The translations under genes and the position numbers were made by a program. A DNA stretch of 55,500 nucleotides, the filler included, from Malassezia furfur (Eukaryota), in assembly GCA_052055015.1 (NCBI GenBank). It is 2 parts of 2 records of this genome, joined end to end, with 100 filler letters (N's around TTAATTAATTAA, not from the genome) between each part and the next. Parts side by side here need not be neighbours in the genome. Positions count along the whole stretch, not along the records: positions 1 to 27,745 come from JBQJIT010000114.1; positions 27,846 to 55,500 come from JBQJIT010000115.1. One strand, given 5' to 3'. Shown one piece after another: positions 23,580 through 33,467 of the stretch. The notes beneath the pieces are model-generated. The model had not been told where the DNA came from. It worked only from the letters and a program-made list of their open reading frames with translations, and did no database searches. Numbering within the stretch: the stretch's first letter is position 1; the number at the start of each line of letters is the position of its first letter.

Positions 23580-26399
23580 ATGGTCCAGGAGCGAGAAAAG
23601 CGCGCGAGGGCCGAGGAGGCGCCCGCGACGCCGCCGCGCTCGCTGATCGAGCGCGCGCCGCTCTACGCACCTTTCAGGATGCTCGGGTGCATCACGAATG
23701 GAACACCCTTTGTGCTGCAGGCGCGCTTCGGCGGAAAGGACGCGCAGACGCCCGACGTGAACCTCATCACGAGCGTCGGCGACGCCTGGGCGATGTGGAA
23801 CGCGGACCGTATGACTTTGCTGTTTGTCGGGCCGATGCTCGCGCATCCCATCGCAAGCATGGCTGTGTCAACGTCGCCTGATAGTTTGCTCGTGGCCGCC
23901 GGACCCAGTGTGCACCGGTACGTGCGTGGACGCCAGGTGGCCCAGTACGACACCGAGGATCCCGACACGCTGCTGAGCACGCTGCTGGTGTTTGGTGACT
24001 ACGTTGTGGCGCTCGCGGCTGATGGGCTGAGCGCGTTCGTATGGTCCCTCACCACCGGCGAGCTGCTCCAGGTGCTGTCCTTCGGCGGGTGGGTCGCGTC
24101 GTGTGCGGTGCACCCCGCGACCTACCTGAACAAGATTGTGCTGGGCGGCGCCGACGGAAGCGTGCAGATCTGGAACGTGCGCACCGGGCAACACATCCAC
24201 ACGTTCGCGCGCGACCAGGTGCGGAGCAAGTCGCAGGCGGGCGTCGTGCAGCTGACGCAGTCGCCGGCCGTGGACGTGCTGGCGGTGGCCTATGCGGACG
24301 GCTACGTGGTGCTGTTTGACGTACGGCTTGGGCACACGCTCTTTGCCGTGCACGTCGATGGCGGGCTTGCGGCGGGATGTGTTGCGTTCCGCACGGACGG
24401 CGAGGCACATACCCTTGCAGTCGCGACGCGTGCCGGGCGCCTTGTGCTGTTTGACCTTGCGAGTGCCGAGGACGGCGGCACGCCGCGACTGCTGCACTCG
24501 GTGCAGCACGCACACGACGGGCCGATTGGCTCGATTGAATTTGTGCCGGGCCAGCCGCTGATGCTGTCGAGCGGCGCAGACAATGCAGTGAAGGCATGGT
24601 TCTTCGAATCGCCGACGCTGCCGCCGCGCGTACTCAAGTCACGCAGCGGGCACGCCTTGCCCCCCCATTTGATCCGCTATTACGGCGAGGATGGACGCGA
24701 TATGCTTACGGCGTCGCGCGACCGCAGCGTGCGGTGCCTGTCCGTGGTGCGCGACAGCCGTTCGTTTGAGTTGAGCCAGGGTGCGATCGCCAGCAAGGCG
24801 TCCAAGCTGGAGGTGGACGCGGCGTCGCTCAAGGCGCCGCCCGTATCGGCTCTGTCCTACAGCACGACGCGTTCGCGGGATTGGGACGATGTGCTCACGA
24901 CGCATGCGGGCGACCGGTTTGCACACACATGGACGGTGCGTGACAAGCACATGAACCACGACCCCGTCACGCTCGGCGCCAAGAAGCACCGAGCGGTCGG
25001 TACTGCGGCATGCGTGAGTGCGTGCGGCAACTTTGGCCTGATCGGGACGACACGCGGCGTCGTCGACATGGTTAATATGCAAAGCCACATCCGCCGGCGC
25101 ACGCTCGACACAGGCAGCACCGCGCCGATTACCGATGTGGTGAGCGATGCGGTGAATGCCGTGTGCCTCGTGAGCACCCAGGAGCCGGTGCTGCACGTGT
25201 TCGACTTCCATACGGGCAAGAAGACGACGAGCGTGCCGATGCCCGCGCCTGTCGTCGGCCTGCGCCTGCACCGTGAATCGAATCTGGTCGCGGTGCTCGG
25301 CGAGGACCTTGTGTTGTCCATCCTGGACCTCGAGACGCTGCGCATTGCGCGTCGTTTCACAGGCTTCCGGGGTCGGATTTTGGACGCAACCTTTTCGGCG
25401 GACGGGCGCTGGGTGGTGGTGTGCAGCACGGACAGTGTGGTGCGCACGTTTGACATTGCCACGGCGCAGCTCATCGACGCCTTCCGCACGCCGAGCATGG
25501 CGACGAGCGTCACCTTTTCGCCGCTTGGCGACTTTTTGGCGACGGCCCACGTCGACAGTGTCGGCGTGCACCTGTGGGTAAACTGTGCGCAGTTTGCGCC
25601 CGTAGCGCTGCGGGCGCTACCACAGGGCGAGGCTGCCGTCGAGCGTGACGCGGTGTTGCCGACCATGCAGGGCGTCGATCTCGAGGCGGCCGGCGACGCG
25701 CACGAGGCGATCGCGGAGCCGGAGCTGCAGCGCACCTATACGAGCCCGCCACAGCTCGAGAGCGAGCACGGGCCGCTGCTCACACTCAGCACCATGCCCC
25801 GCGCACGGTGGATCTCATTGCTGCACCTCGACACAATCCGGCAGCGCAACAAGCCGACCGAGGCGCCCAAGAAGCCCGAAAAGGCGCCCTTCTTTTTGGA
25901 CGCCGCGCCGGTGGCTGCCCAGGACGACAAGGCGATGCAGGAGGAGCCGCGGGCGCCGCTGTCGCACCGCACGCACCTGCCCGTCGCCGTCGAGTCGGCG
26001 TTCGAGCGCCGGCTGCGCGTGGCAGTCGAGGCGCGCGACGTTGCGCCGCTGTTTACCTACCTGCACACGCTCTCTACGCCACAGCTCGACATGACCATCC
26101 GCGAGCTCGAGACGCCCGCGCAGCAGGCGCTCTTTTTGCAGGCGCTCGCGTTGCGTCTCGATGCGCGCCGTGACTGGGAGGCGGTGCAGGCAATGCTCGC
26201 CGTCTTTTTGGCGGTGCACGCCGAGTCGGTGCAGCAGCATGGGGCGCAGCCCGACGCCGAGGATGCCGAGGGCGCCGCGCTGGGGCAGGCACTGCGCACG
26301 CTGCTCGCTGAGCAGCAGCGCGTCACGGCGCACATGGTGGATTCGCTGGATTATTGTATGGGCACGCTTTCGTTGCTACGGAATGTGCCACTCCTGTAA
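23580..26399 (+). CDS. UTP21: U3 snoRNA-associated protein 21 (UtpB subunit)
   Basis: Motifs LYAPFRMLG, HPATYLNKI, SRSGH and LLHLDTIRQRNKPTEAPKKPEKAPFFL. Confidence 0.95.
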   Translation: MVQEREKRARAEEAPATPPRSLIERAPLYAPFRMLGCITNGTPFVLQARFGGKDAQTPDVNLITSVGDAWAMWNADRMTLLFVGPMLAHPIASMAVSTSPDSLLVAAGPSVHRYVRGRQVAQYDTEDPDTLLSTLLVFGDYVVALAADGLSAFVWSLTTGELLQVLSFGGWVASCAVHPATYLNKIVLGGADGSVQIWNVRTGQHIHTFARDQVRSKSQAGVVQLTQSPAVDVLAVAYADGYVVLFDVRLGHTLFAVHVDGGLAAGCVAFRTDGEAHTLAVATRAGRLVLFDLASAEDGGTPRLLHSVQHAHDGPIGSIEFVPGQPLMLSSGADNAVKAWFFESPTLPPRVLKSRSGHALPPHLIRYYGEDGRDMLTASRDRSVRCLSVVRDSRSFELSQGAIASKASKLEVDAASLKAPPVSALSYSTTRSRDWDDVLTTHAGDRFAHTWTVRDKHMNHDPVTLGAKKHRAVGTAACVSACGNFGLIGTTRGVVDMVNMQSHIRRRTLDTGSTAPITDVVSDAVNAVCLVSTQEPVLHVFDFHTGKKTTSVPMPAPVVGLRLHRESNLVAVLGEDLVLSILDLETLRIARRFTGFRGRILDATFSADGRWVVVCSTDSVVRTFDIATAQLIDAFRTPSMATSVTFSPLGDFLATAHVDSVGVHLWVNCAQFAPVALRALPQGEAAVERDAVLPTMQGVDLEAAGDAHEAIAEPELQRTYTSPPQLESEHGPLLTLSTMPRARWISLLHLDTIRQRNKPTEAPKKPEKAPFFLDAAPVAAQDDKAMQEEPRAPLSHRTHLPVAVESAFERRLRVAVEARDVAPLFTYLHTLSTPQLDMTIRELETPAQQALFLQALALRLDARRDWEAVQAMLAVFLAVHAESVQQHGAQPDAEDAEGAALGQALRTLLAEQQRVTAHMVDSLDYCMGTLSLLRNVPLL

Positions 26400-26443
26400 C
26401 GTAGGTAGCACGGGAGCGCTTCCCACGTATCGCGGCGCGACGC

Positions 26444-27745
26444 TTAGGCGTCGCGGATCTTTTCGGCCCACTGGCGCAGCGTGCTGGCGAGCACGCCAGG
26501 CAGTGCCTGGACGTCGCGCACAATCACGTACGAGTCGAATGGGAAGGTATCAATGTACCGCTGCATCTGGAGCTGCAGCTTACCCGTGGCGTCCGTGTGA
26601 TAGGACACCTGGTTCATTGTCAGGATGGAGCTGCGCGACGGCTTTTCGTCATCGTCCGCCGCGTCCACCACGACAAACACGAGCATCACGCGCTCGGCCA
26701 TTGCACGCCGGATCTGCGCACGGAGGCGCTCGTGATCCTGGCACACGCCGTCCGAGATGATGATCTGCAGCTGCCACAGCTCGCTGCCGGTCGCGGAGGC
26801 GCGCGTCGCACGCGCGGTGCGCAGTACCTGGAGCGTACTCGAGAGCAACGCATGCACGTCCGTCGAGGTATGGTCGAAACGCAGCTTGCTCAGGATCTGA
26901 CCACCGTGTGCGTCGCTGAACGACGCGGCACCAAACTCGTGCAACATCTCGACGTCGCGCCCAAAGCGGCACACGGCCACATCGCCGACTTCGAGGCGCA
27001 TCATGGCGCCCGTCACAAGCGCGAGCGTCTGGTACGCGAGGTGGATGTTGCGTCCTTCGGCCATGCTCTTGCTGTCGTCGATCGACAGCAGCACTTGGTA
27101 CTCGCGTGCGCTCGGCTTGGTGCGTCGCAGCCAGATCTTGTCCTTGGCAAAGTCGGACGCAATGTACGGGATGATCTTGCGCAGGTTGAGCCGCTTGCCC
27201 GTGCGGAAGTCGCCGTTGAGCCGCGTCGCGAGCGACGGCACGAGGATCAGGCGCAGCTGCTCGCACAGCGCGAACGCCAGATCGGTCGTGAGCGTGGCAT
27301 ACGCGCGCCACAACTCGGCGGCGTGTGCCGCGTCGCCCTCGCCCGCACGGAACGCTGCGAGCGCCGCCTCGGCGGCATGGTCCGTCTCAGCGCGCTCCTC
27401 GTCCGGCAGGGGGTCGTGCGTCTCTTCCTCGGCGAGCTCTTCGCCGTGGCCCGTGCGCTCGACGTCGGCGCGGCTCAGTGCACCCGACTCGGCGCCGTGC
27501 GTGCGCTCGGAGGTGCGGGGCGCGGCGCCGCGAGGGTCACGTACGTCGTCGTCGCGCGCCGATGCTTCCTCATACGGCGCATCCTCCGTGTCGTCGGCGG
27601 TCGGCGCGGGGGGTGCGTCGGTGTCCTCGTCGAGCGAGAGCTGCCGCATCGCCTGCGCTTGCTGCTCGCTCGCGACGCCGAGCGCCTGGGTATCTGCGTC
27701 GTCGTCGTGCGCCACATGCTCGACGTCGCCGGCCTCGGGCATCGC
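26444..27745 (-). CDS. MDN1: Midasin C-terminal fragment (D/E-rich region + MIDAS/VWA), truncated by the gap
   Basis: Motifs LCEQLRLIL..GDFRTGKRLNLRKIIPYIAS..KDKIWLRRTKPS..IDDSKSM..IISDG. The ORF runs into the N gap. Confidence 0.95.
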   Translation of the reverse strand, partial: AMPEAGDVEHVAHDDDADTQALGVASEQQAQAMRQLSLDEDTDAPPAPTADDTEDAPYEEASARDDDVRDPRGAAPRTSERTHGAESGALSRADVERTGHGEELAEEETHDPLPDEERAETDHAAEAALAAFRAGEGDAAHAAELWRAYATLTTDLAFALCEQLRLILVPSLATRLNGDFRTGKRLNLRKIIPYIASDFAKDKIWLRRTKPSAREYQVLLSIDDSKSMAEGRNIHLAYQTLALVTGAMMRLEVGDVAVCRFGRDVEMLHEFGAASFSDAHGGQILSKLRFDHTSTDVHALLSSTLQVLRTARATRASATGSELWQLQIIISDGVCQDHERLRAQIRRAMAERVMLVFVVVDAADDDEKPSRSSILTMNQVSYHTDATGKLQLQMQRYIDTFPFDSYVIVRDVQALPGVLASTLRQWAEKIRDA

Positions 27746-27845
27746 NNNNNNNNNNNNNNNNNNNNNNNNNNNNNNNNNNNNNNNNNNNNTTAATTAATTA
27801 ANNNNNNNNNNNNNNNNNNNNNNNNNNNNNNNNNNNNNNNNNNNN
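27746..27845. other. Artificial scaffold gap: 44 N + TTAATTAATTAA + 44 N
   Basis: Exactly 100 bp, with a linker carrying stops in all six frames at 27790-27801. Confidence 0.97.
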
Positions 27846-27873
27846 ATCCGGCTGTCTGCGCTGCTATAGGTAT

Positions 27874-30798
27874 CTAGACGACATCGATGCCCGCCTGCGC
27901 GAGCGCCGTGACGAGGTCCGGCTCGAGGTACGAGCTGACGGCAATCGAGTCCGAGAGCCCCTTGCGGCGGCGCATCTTCAGCACAAAGTCGCGGGCCAGG
28001 CCGAGCGGCGGCGCGGGCTCGAGTGGGCGCAGCGCGATGCTCGTGTCCATCGGGTCGCCCGGCACCACCGCCCAGTGATCAAACGACTGCAGCACGAAGG
28101 CCTGGCCCTGCGTGAGCACGCGCAAATCCGTCTCGAAGCCGTTGGCATCCATCGCAGGTAGGAGCGCCTTGACAGTCACGAGCTGCGTGCCGGCCTTGGG
28201 TGTGTCCTGCACGACGTGCCCGCGGCGGCGCGCCAGCAGCGTGTACACCGCGCTGACCGCCTCCGCCGGCGCCTGCACCTCGGCCGAAAAGATCGGCTCC
28301 AAAAGGCGCGGCGTCGCGAGCAAAAAGGCCGCATAGGCGGCGCGGCGCGCCGTGGGGATCATTTGACCGCCGCCGCGCTGGATGGGCTCGGCGGCAATGT
28401 CGGCGTGGACAAGACGGAACTTGACGTTGCGGATCGGCTCGTCGCACAGCGGCCCCTCGCGCGTGGCCCACTGGAAGCCCTGCTTGATGTGCTCGCGGAC
28501 AAGCGCGAGGCGCTTCTTGTCGACTTCGTCGGGGAGCGTGTCATCCACGAGCACATTGGGCCCGTCTTCCGCGGGGCCGAACGCCCAAATGTTGCGCGCG
28601 GCCAGTGCGTCCCACCCATAGCGCTCGGAAAACACCTTGGCAAGCGCGCGCGGCGGCAGCGACGGGTCAAGCACGCCGTGCTCGAGGTCCTCGGCGATGC
28701 CCTTCTCGAGCGGCTCGGCAATGAGTGTAAGTCGGTTCTTCTGGTTGGGGGTGGTGGCGTATGCCTGCACGGCGCTTGTCTCGACGACCGTCTCACAGAA
28801 CTTCACGACGGGGTCGCTGATCTTGATCTCGACCTCGGCGTAGAGCACACGCAAGTCGTGCATCACACAGTCGAGGTACAGCTCACCCGTACCGAGTAGT
28901 GTATGCTCGCCGCTCTCCTCGACACGCGTCGTGGCGAGCGGGTAGGTCTTGTTGATCTTGCGCAGGCCGTCGAGCATACGCGGCAGCTCGGGCGGGTGCA
29001 GTGGCTCGACAGCAACCTTGAGCACGCTCTCGGTCATCTGCACGACGGGACGCAGGGTATACGTCTCGCTCGCGGCGAGACTCGCGGCGCACAGCGTCGC
29101 GCTCTTGACAATCGGCGCGTCCACACCGCCGAGCAGCACCAGGTTACCGGCGGGCACGGCGTCGGTCGGCACGCCGTAGCGCGCCTCGCCGATCCACACG
29201 TCCTCGACGGTGACGATCGCCATGTCCTCGTCGTCGTCCGGCGTGAACTGCTCGCCCAGCACCTTGACCGAGTCGCCGTGCGCAACGGTGCCACTCAGCA
29301 CACGCCCCAGCGCGCGGAACTCGGTGGCATCAGTCGTGGGAAAGAGCTTGGTGATCTGCACGAGCAGCGGCCCGTCGCGCGCACACGCCGCGGCGCCGCG
29401 CGCAAGGGTGCCGTCCGGTGCGGTGCTCGTGCGGGCGACCTTGTCGGCGGTGGCCGCCGCGGCGCTCGGGAGGTGCTCGGCGAGCATGTCGACGAGGCCC
29501 GTGGGCGGCCCAAAGAACTGCGCAAGCACTGCGCGCAGCAGCGGCCGCACATCCATCTCAAACGCGCGCGGGCGCAGGTGGATGTGCAGGCCGTGCAGCG
29601 TCTGGCGGAGCGTGTTGGTGTCGGCCGAGAGTACCTGCGTGTAGAGCTTGTAGAGCGGTGCGAGGACGAAGTGCACAAAGCTGCGCGGCGCGTCGGCGTG
29701 CGGTGCCTTGCGCGCAAATGTGCGTGTCTTGGCGTCGTAAAAGATGTTGCCCCAGAGCCGCTGCGCCAGCGCATCGACGTCCATGGGCGCGCCGCGGGCG
29801 TACATTGCCGCAAAGGAGCGCAGCGTAAAGCAGTAGCCCATCTCGGTGCTCGCAAACGCCACGTTGCCGCGCTCGGGGCCAAAGCGCAGCGCGGGGTCGC
29901 CGCCGCTTGCGGCGCCGACCACCGCATTCACCTCCTCGATCGTGTGCCGGATCTTGAAGTAGGCCTCCTGCGGCGGCAGGCGCAGCTCGAGAATCAGGCG
30001 GTCCAGCTTGTTCACCACGAGCGTCATCGGGATGCGCTCGCGCACACAAAAGCGCACAATCGCCTCGGTGTTGCACATCGCGGCCTCGACTACGTCCACA
30101 ACCACCACCACGCCGTCCACGAGGCGCAGCGCGGCGGCCACCTCGTCAACAAAGTTGGGGTGCCCTGGCGTGTCGATCAGGTGTAGCAGATGCGATTTGC
30201 CCCGCGTCGTCTGCATCACGAGCGACATGGGCGTGCACCGGATGGACATGCGCCGCTGCTGCTCGAGCGTGTGCGTGTCGGTGTAGCGCAGCGGCGTGTC
30301 GACGTCGACGTCGAGCACGTGCGTTTCGTAGACGAGCATGTCCATGAGACTTGTCTTGCCGTGCCCGAGGTGCCCAACAACGGCGACGTTGCGCACCATC
30401 TCGGGGAAGTTCATCAGGCTTGTCAAGAAGGAACGGTCGAAGCGCACCTCGGGCAGGCCCTGCTCCTCGATCGCAAACGCGCGCACTTTTTCGGGCTCGA
30501 TGATCGGCTGCGTGATCGGCTGCGTGTCCTCCTCCTGGACGAGCGTCTCGACGTCCTCGCCGTACACCTCGGACGCGCTCGGGTAGTATACCTTGTCTTC
30601 GTGCAGCACGACCGCGTTCGAGGGCGCGTCGTCGATCTGCATCACCTGCAGGCCGTCGTTGTCTGCCGGTGCAGCGGGCGCTGCAGGCGTGGGCTCGAGC
30701 GCCGGCAGCTCCTCGGCCACCTCCTCCTCTTCCGCAACATCCTCGTCGGATTCGGAGAGGGGGCCGATGTAGTTGCCGAACTCGTCGTAGTCGTCCAT
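27874..30798 (-). CDS. SNU114: U5 snRNP GTPase Snu114/EFTUD2
   Basis: Motifs MDDYDEFGNYIG, VVLHEDKVYYPSASEVYG, GHLGHGKT, DTPGH and QGFQWATREGPLCDEPIRN. Confidence 0.97.
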   Translation of the reverse strand: MDDYDEFGNYIGPLSESDEDVAEEEEVAEELPALEPTPAAPAAPADNDGLQVMQIDDAPSNAVVLHEDKVYYPSASEVYGEDVETLVQEEDTQPITQPIIEPEKVRAFAIEEQGLPEVRFDRSFLTSLMNFPEMVRNVAVVGHLGHGKTSLMDMLVYETHVLDVDVDTPLRYTDTHTLEQQRRMSIRCTPMSLVMQTTRGKSHLLHLIDTPGHPNFVDEVAAALRLVDGVVVVVDVVEAAMCNTEAIVRFCVRERIPMTLVVNKLDRLILELRLPPQEAYFKIRHTIEEVNAVVGAASGGDPALRFGPERGNVAFASTEMGYCFTLRSFAAMYARGAPMDVDALAQRLWGNIFYDAKTRTFARKAPHADAPRSFVHFVLAPLYKLYTQVLSADTNTLRQTLHGLHIHLRPRAFEMDVRPLLRAVLAQFFGPPTGLVDMLAEHLPSAAAATADKVARTSTAPDGTLARGAAACARDGPLLVQITKLFPTTDATEFRALGRVLSGTVAHGDSVKVLGEQFTPDDDEDMAIVTVEDVWIGEARYGVPTDAVPAGNLVLLGGVDAPIVKSATLCAASLAASETYTLRPVVQMTESVLKVAVEPLHPPELPRMLDGLRKINKTYPLATTRVEESGEHTLLGTGELYLDCVMHDLRVLYAEVEIKISDPVVKFCETVVETSAVQAYATTPNQKNRLTLIAEPLEKGIAEDLEHGVLDPSLPPRALAKVFSERYGWDALAARNIWAFGPAEDGPNVLVDDTLPDEVDKKRLALVREHIKQGFQWATREGPLCDEPIRNVKFRLVHADIAAEPIQRGGGQMIPTARRAAYAAFLLATPRLLEPIFSAEVQAPAEAVSAVYTLLARRRGHVVQDTPKAGTQLVTVKALLPAMDANGFETDLRVLTQGQAFVLQSFDHWAVVPGDPMDTSIALRPLEPAPPLGLARDFVLKMRRRKGLSDSIAVSSYLEPDLVTALAQAGIDVV

Positions 30799-30887
30799 GC
30801 CAGTCTCCTGCGCGTCGTCGCCGCTCGCGAAGAGAGACGCGCACGTGATTGCTGCCCGGCGCCCTCCCCCGCCCGCCTCGCACGGCC

Positions 30888-32729
30888 ATGCGTGGGGAGC
30901 AGGCACGCGCCGCGGCGCGCGCGACGTGGGCGCGTTGGTGGCGCTTCGGCACACTTACCGCGAGCATGGCAGGCTCGCAGGTGATCTGGAGCCTGGAAAT
31001 AGCCTACGGCACGCCCTATTTGCTCGCCATCGGGCTCTCGAAGCAGGCCACCGGCCTCGTGTGGATCGCCGGGCCGCTCTCCGGCCTGGTGATGCAGCCA
31101 CTTATCGGCTCGCTATCGGACGCATCCACGTCCAAGTACCGCCGACGCAAGTACATGGTTGCCTCCGCGCTGTTTGTTGCGCTCAGTACCTGCCTCATCG
31201 CGTTCAGCGAGCCGCTCGCGATCTTGCTCCTCGACCTGCTCGGCGTGGGGCTCGGCGACTGGGACCCGGTGCGCCGCGAACGCACCGCACAGCTCGTGCA
31301 GGTGCTGAGCGTGCTCGGGTTTTGGGTGCTCGACTTTGCGATCAACGGCCTCCAGGTGATCAGCCGCGCCTTGATCCTCGACTCTGCCGACAGTGCCGAG
31401 CAGAACGAAGCGAACGCGTGGCAGGCCCGTATGCTCCACGTCGGCAACATCGTCGGCTACTGGTGCGGCTGGGTGAACCTGGGCGCCTGGCCGGCGCTCC
31501 ATTGGGTCGGCGGCGGCCAGTTCCGCAAGCTGGCTGTGCTTGCCCTGGCTGCCATGGGCTTCACCGTCGCGGTGACATGCGTGTGCACGCCCGAGACCGA
31601 GTACCAGCACACCACGCCACCGCCCACACGCGGATGGCAGCGCGTGTGTGGCTCGCTGCGGCAGATCTGGCACGTCGCGTGCCATTTGCCGCTGTCGATC
31701 CGTCGCGTTTGTGCGACGCAGCTGCTGGTATGTACACCGCTAACCCAGGCGACAATGAGCTGGTTCCCATTCCTGTTTTACAGCACAACCTACATTGTGG
31801 ACGTGGCGCGCCGCAGCGGCGTGCACCGGCGCGCCGAGGACGAAGAAAAGACGGGCAGCCTCGGCATGCTGCTCTTTGCTTTCGTCTCGATGGCATCGGG
31901 CACGCTGCTCCCCCTGCTCACGCATGCAGGCACTCACGCGCCGCAGGATACCCCCGACGCACCGCCGCGCCCGGTGCACGTGTGGCAGTGTATGCGCCTG
32001 CGCACCATGTGGACGGTGGGTGCGTTGGCCCAGGCGTTGCTGCTGCTGGGCACATTTGTGGTCTCGACGCAGAAGCAGGCCATTGCGCTCGTGACACTTA
32101 TGGGCATCCCATGGAGTATTTGGACGTGGGTGCCCTTTGCGCTTCTTGGCGAGTTTGTGCGCGAAGCCGAGTCGATTCCCGCGCAGGACACCGCGGAGGA
32201 ACAGTGGTCTGCGCAACAGATCATGGACCGCCCGGAGCGCGGCCCTCGCACCAGTGCACACGACACGGACAGCGGGCACCGCCGCTCGTACTCCTACGAG
32301 CCGTCGCCGCATCCTTCCGACTCGGCCCGCATTATTTCGGGGTCGTTCGTCTCGTCGATCGTCTCGCGCGGGCGACAGATGCCCGGCGACTTAGGGCCGT
32401 CGGACGACAGCATCCGCGGCGGCACGATCCTCGGCATCCACAACCTCGCCGTGGTGGTGCCGCAGCTGCTCGTTGCGCTCATCTCTTCGCTCATCTTCCG
32501 CGTGACAAGCACGGCGCCGCGCAAGCATCACCCGGCGACAGACGGCGATGTGGCGTGGGTGCTGCGCTTCGGTGCGCTCATGGCGATCGGTGCCGCTTTG
32601 CTCACGCGGCGCATCCCCCTGACTCAGTCGGAGCGTCGCGCCTCACGCTCGGGCTACGTGCCACTGCTCGACGACGAGGACGAAGACGAGGACGCTGAGG
32701 CCTCTGTAGGCGCCCCGCCGCATCCGTAG
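30888..32729 (+). CDS. GPH-family sucrose/alpha-glucoside transporter-like protein (Sut1/SLC45); 2 exons
   Basis: Motifs YGTPYLL, VWIAGPLSGLVMQPLIGSLSD, WFPFLFYST and GTILGIHNLAVVVPQ. An in-frame 21-nt intron lies at 31728-31748. Confidence 0.9.
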   Translation: MRGEQARAAARATWARWWRFGTLTASMAGSQVIWSLEIAYGTPYLLAIGLSKQATGLVWIAGPLSGLVMQPLIGSLSDASTSKYRRRKYMVASALFVALSTCLIAFSEPLAILLLDLLGVGLGDWDPVRRERTAQLVQVLSVLGFWVLDFAINGLQVISRALILDSADSAEQNEANAWQARMLHVGNIVGYWCGWVNLGAWPALHWVGGGQFRKLAVLALAAMGFTVAVTCVCTPETEYQHTTPPPTRGWQRVCGSLRQIWHVACHLPLSIRRVCATQLLVCTPLTQATMSWFPFLFYSTTYIVDVARRSGVHRRAEDEEKTGSLGMLLFAFVSMASGTLLPLLTHAGTHAPQDTPDAPPRPVHVWQCMRLRTMWTVGALAQALLLLGTFVVSTQKQAIALVTLMGIPWSIWTWVPFALLGEFVREAESIPAQDTAEEQWSAQQIMDRPERGPRTSAHDTDSGHRRSYSYEPSPHPSDSARIISGSFVSSIVSRGRQMPGDLGPSDDSIRGGTILGIHNLAVVVPQLLVALISSLIFRVTSTAPRKHHPATDGDVAWVLRFGALMAIGAALLTRRIPLTQSERRASRSGYVPLLDDEDEDEDAEASVGAPPHP

Positions 32730-32764
32730 CCCGATCTCCCGATCTGTTGTTGTCGTCTCGAGAC

Positions 32765-33409
32765 ATGGCGAGCGCGGCGGCGCACGAGACGGATCTGCGG
32801 CAGCAGGTCACGCTCAAGAAAAAGCTCGTGGTCGTGGGCGATGGCGGGTGCGGAAAGACGTGCCTACTGATTGTCTACTCACAAAACCGGTTTCCGGAGG
32901 AGTATGTGCCGACCGTGTTTGAAAATTACGTGCCAATCGTCGAGTTCGACGGGCAGCTCGTGGAGTTTGCGCTATGGGACACCGCGGGCCAAGAGGAATA
33001 CAACCGGCTGCGGCCGCTCAGCTACCCTGAAACCGATGTAATCCTCGTGTGTTTTGCAATCGACTATCCTGCGAGCCTGGTGAATGTCCAGGACAAGTGG
33101 CTTCCGGAAATTGTGCATTTCTGCGAGGGTGTGCCGTTCTTGCTCGTTGGACTCAAGACGGATCTCCGCGAAGACGCTCAGGCACTCGCATTGCTTTCCG
33201 CACAAGGCATCAAGCCGACCACTGCCGAGCAGGGCGCAGCGCTCGCCAAGGAGATTGGGGCGCGGCGCTATGTCGAATGCTCGGCACGCACCGGCGAAAA
33301 CGTCCAGGCCGTCTTCCAGGCGGCGCTCGAAGAGGCTTGCGAACGCCGTCGCAAACGCGGCCTGCGCGCGCGCAGGGGCAATATGCGTTCTAAGTGTATC
33401 CTTCTGTAG
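32765..33409 (+). CDS. RHO4: Rho-family GTPase, Rho4-like
   Basis: Motifs GDGGCGKT, YVPTVFENY and LWDTAGQEEYNRLRPLSYPET, ending in the CAAX box CILL. Confidence 0.82.
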   Translation: MASAAAHETDLRQQVTLKKKLVVVGDGGCGKTCLLIVYSQNRFPEEYVPTVFENYVPIVEFDGQLVEFALWDTAGQEEYNRLRPLSYPETDVILVCFAIDYPASLVNVQDKWLPEIVHFCEGVPFLLVGLKTDLREDAQALALLSAQGIKPTTAEQGAALAKEIGARRYVECSARTGENVQAVFQAALEEACERRRKRGLRARRGNMRSKCILL

Positions 33410-33467
33410 CTTGTACTATGTTTTGGTGAATGTACAGGGCGTGGGAGGAACGTGGTATAGGTGCCGG

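Noticed and set aside
27790..27801. Palindromic TTAATTAATTAA
   Set aside because: It is centred in symmetric N runs, so it is a scaffolding linker rather than biological sequence.
32990..33020. Rho switch II reads EEYNRLRPLSY instead of the usual EEYDRLRPLSY
   Set aside because: It is a single substitution with the G-boxes and catalytic Gln intact, and it cannot be distinguished from sequencing error or tolerated variation.
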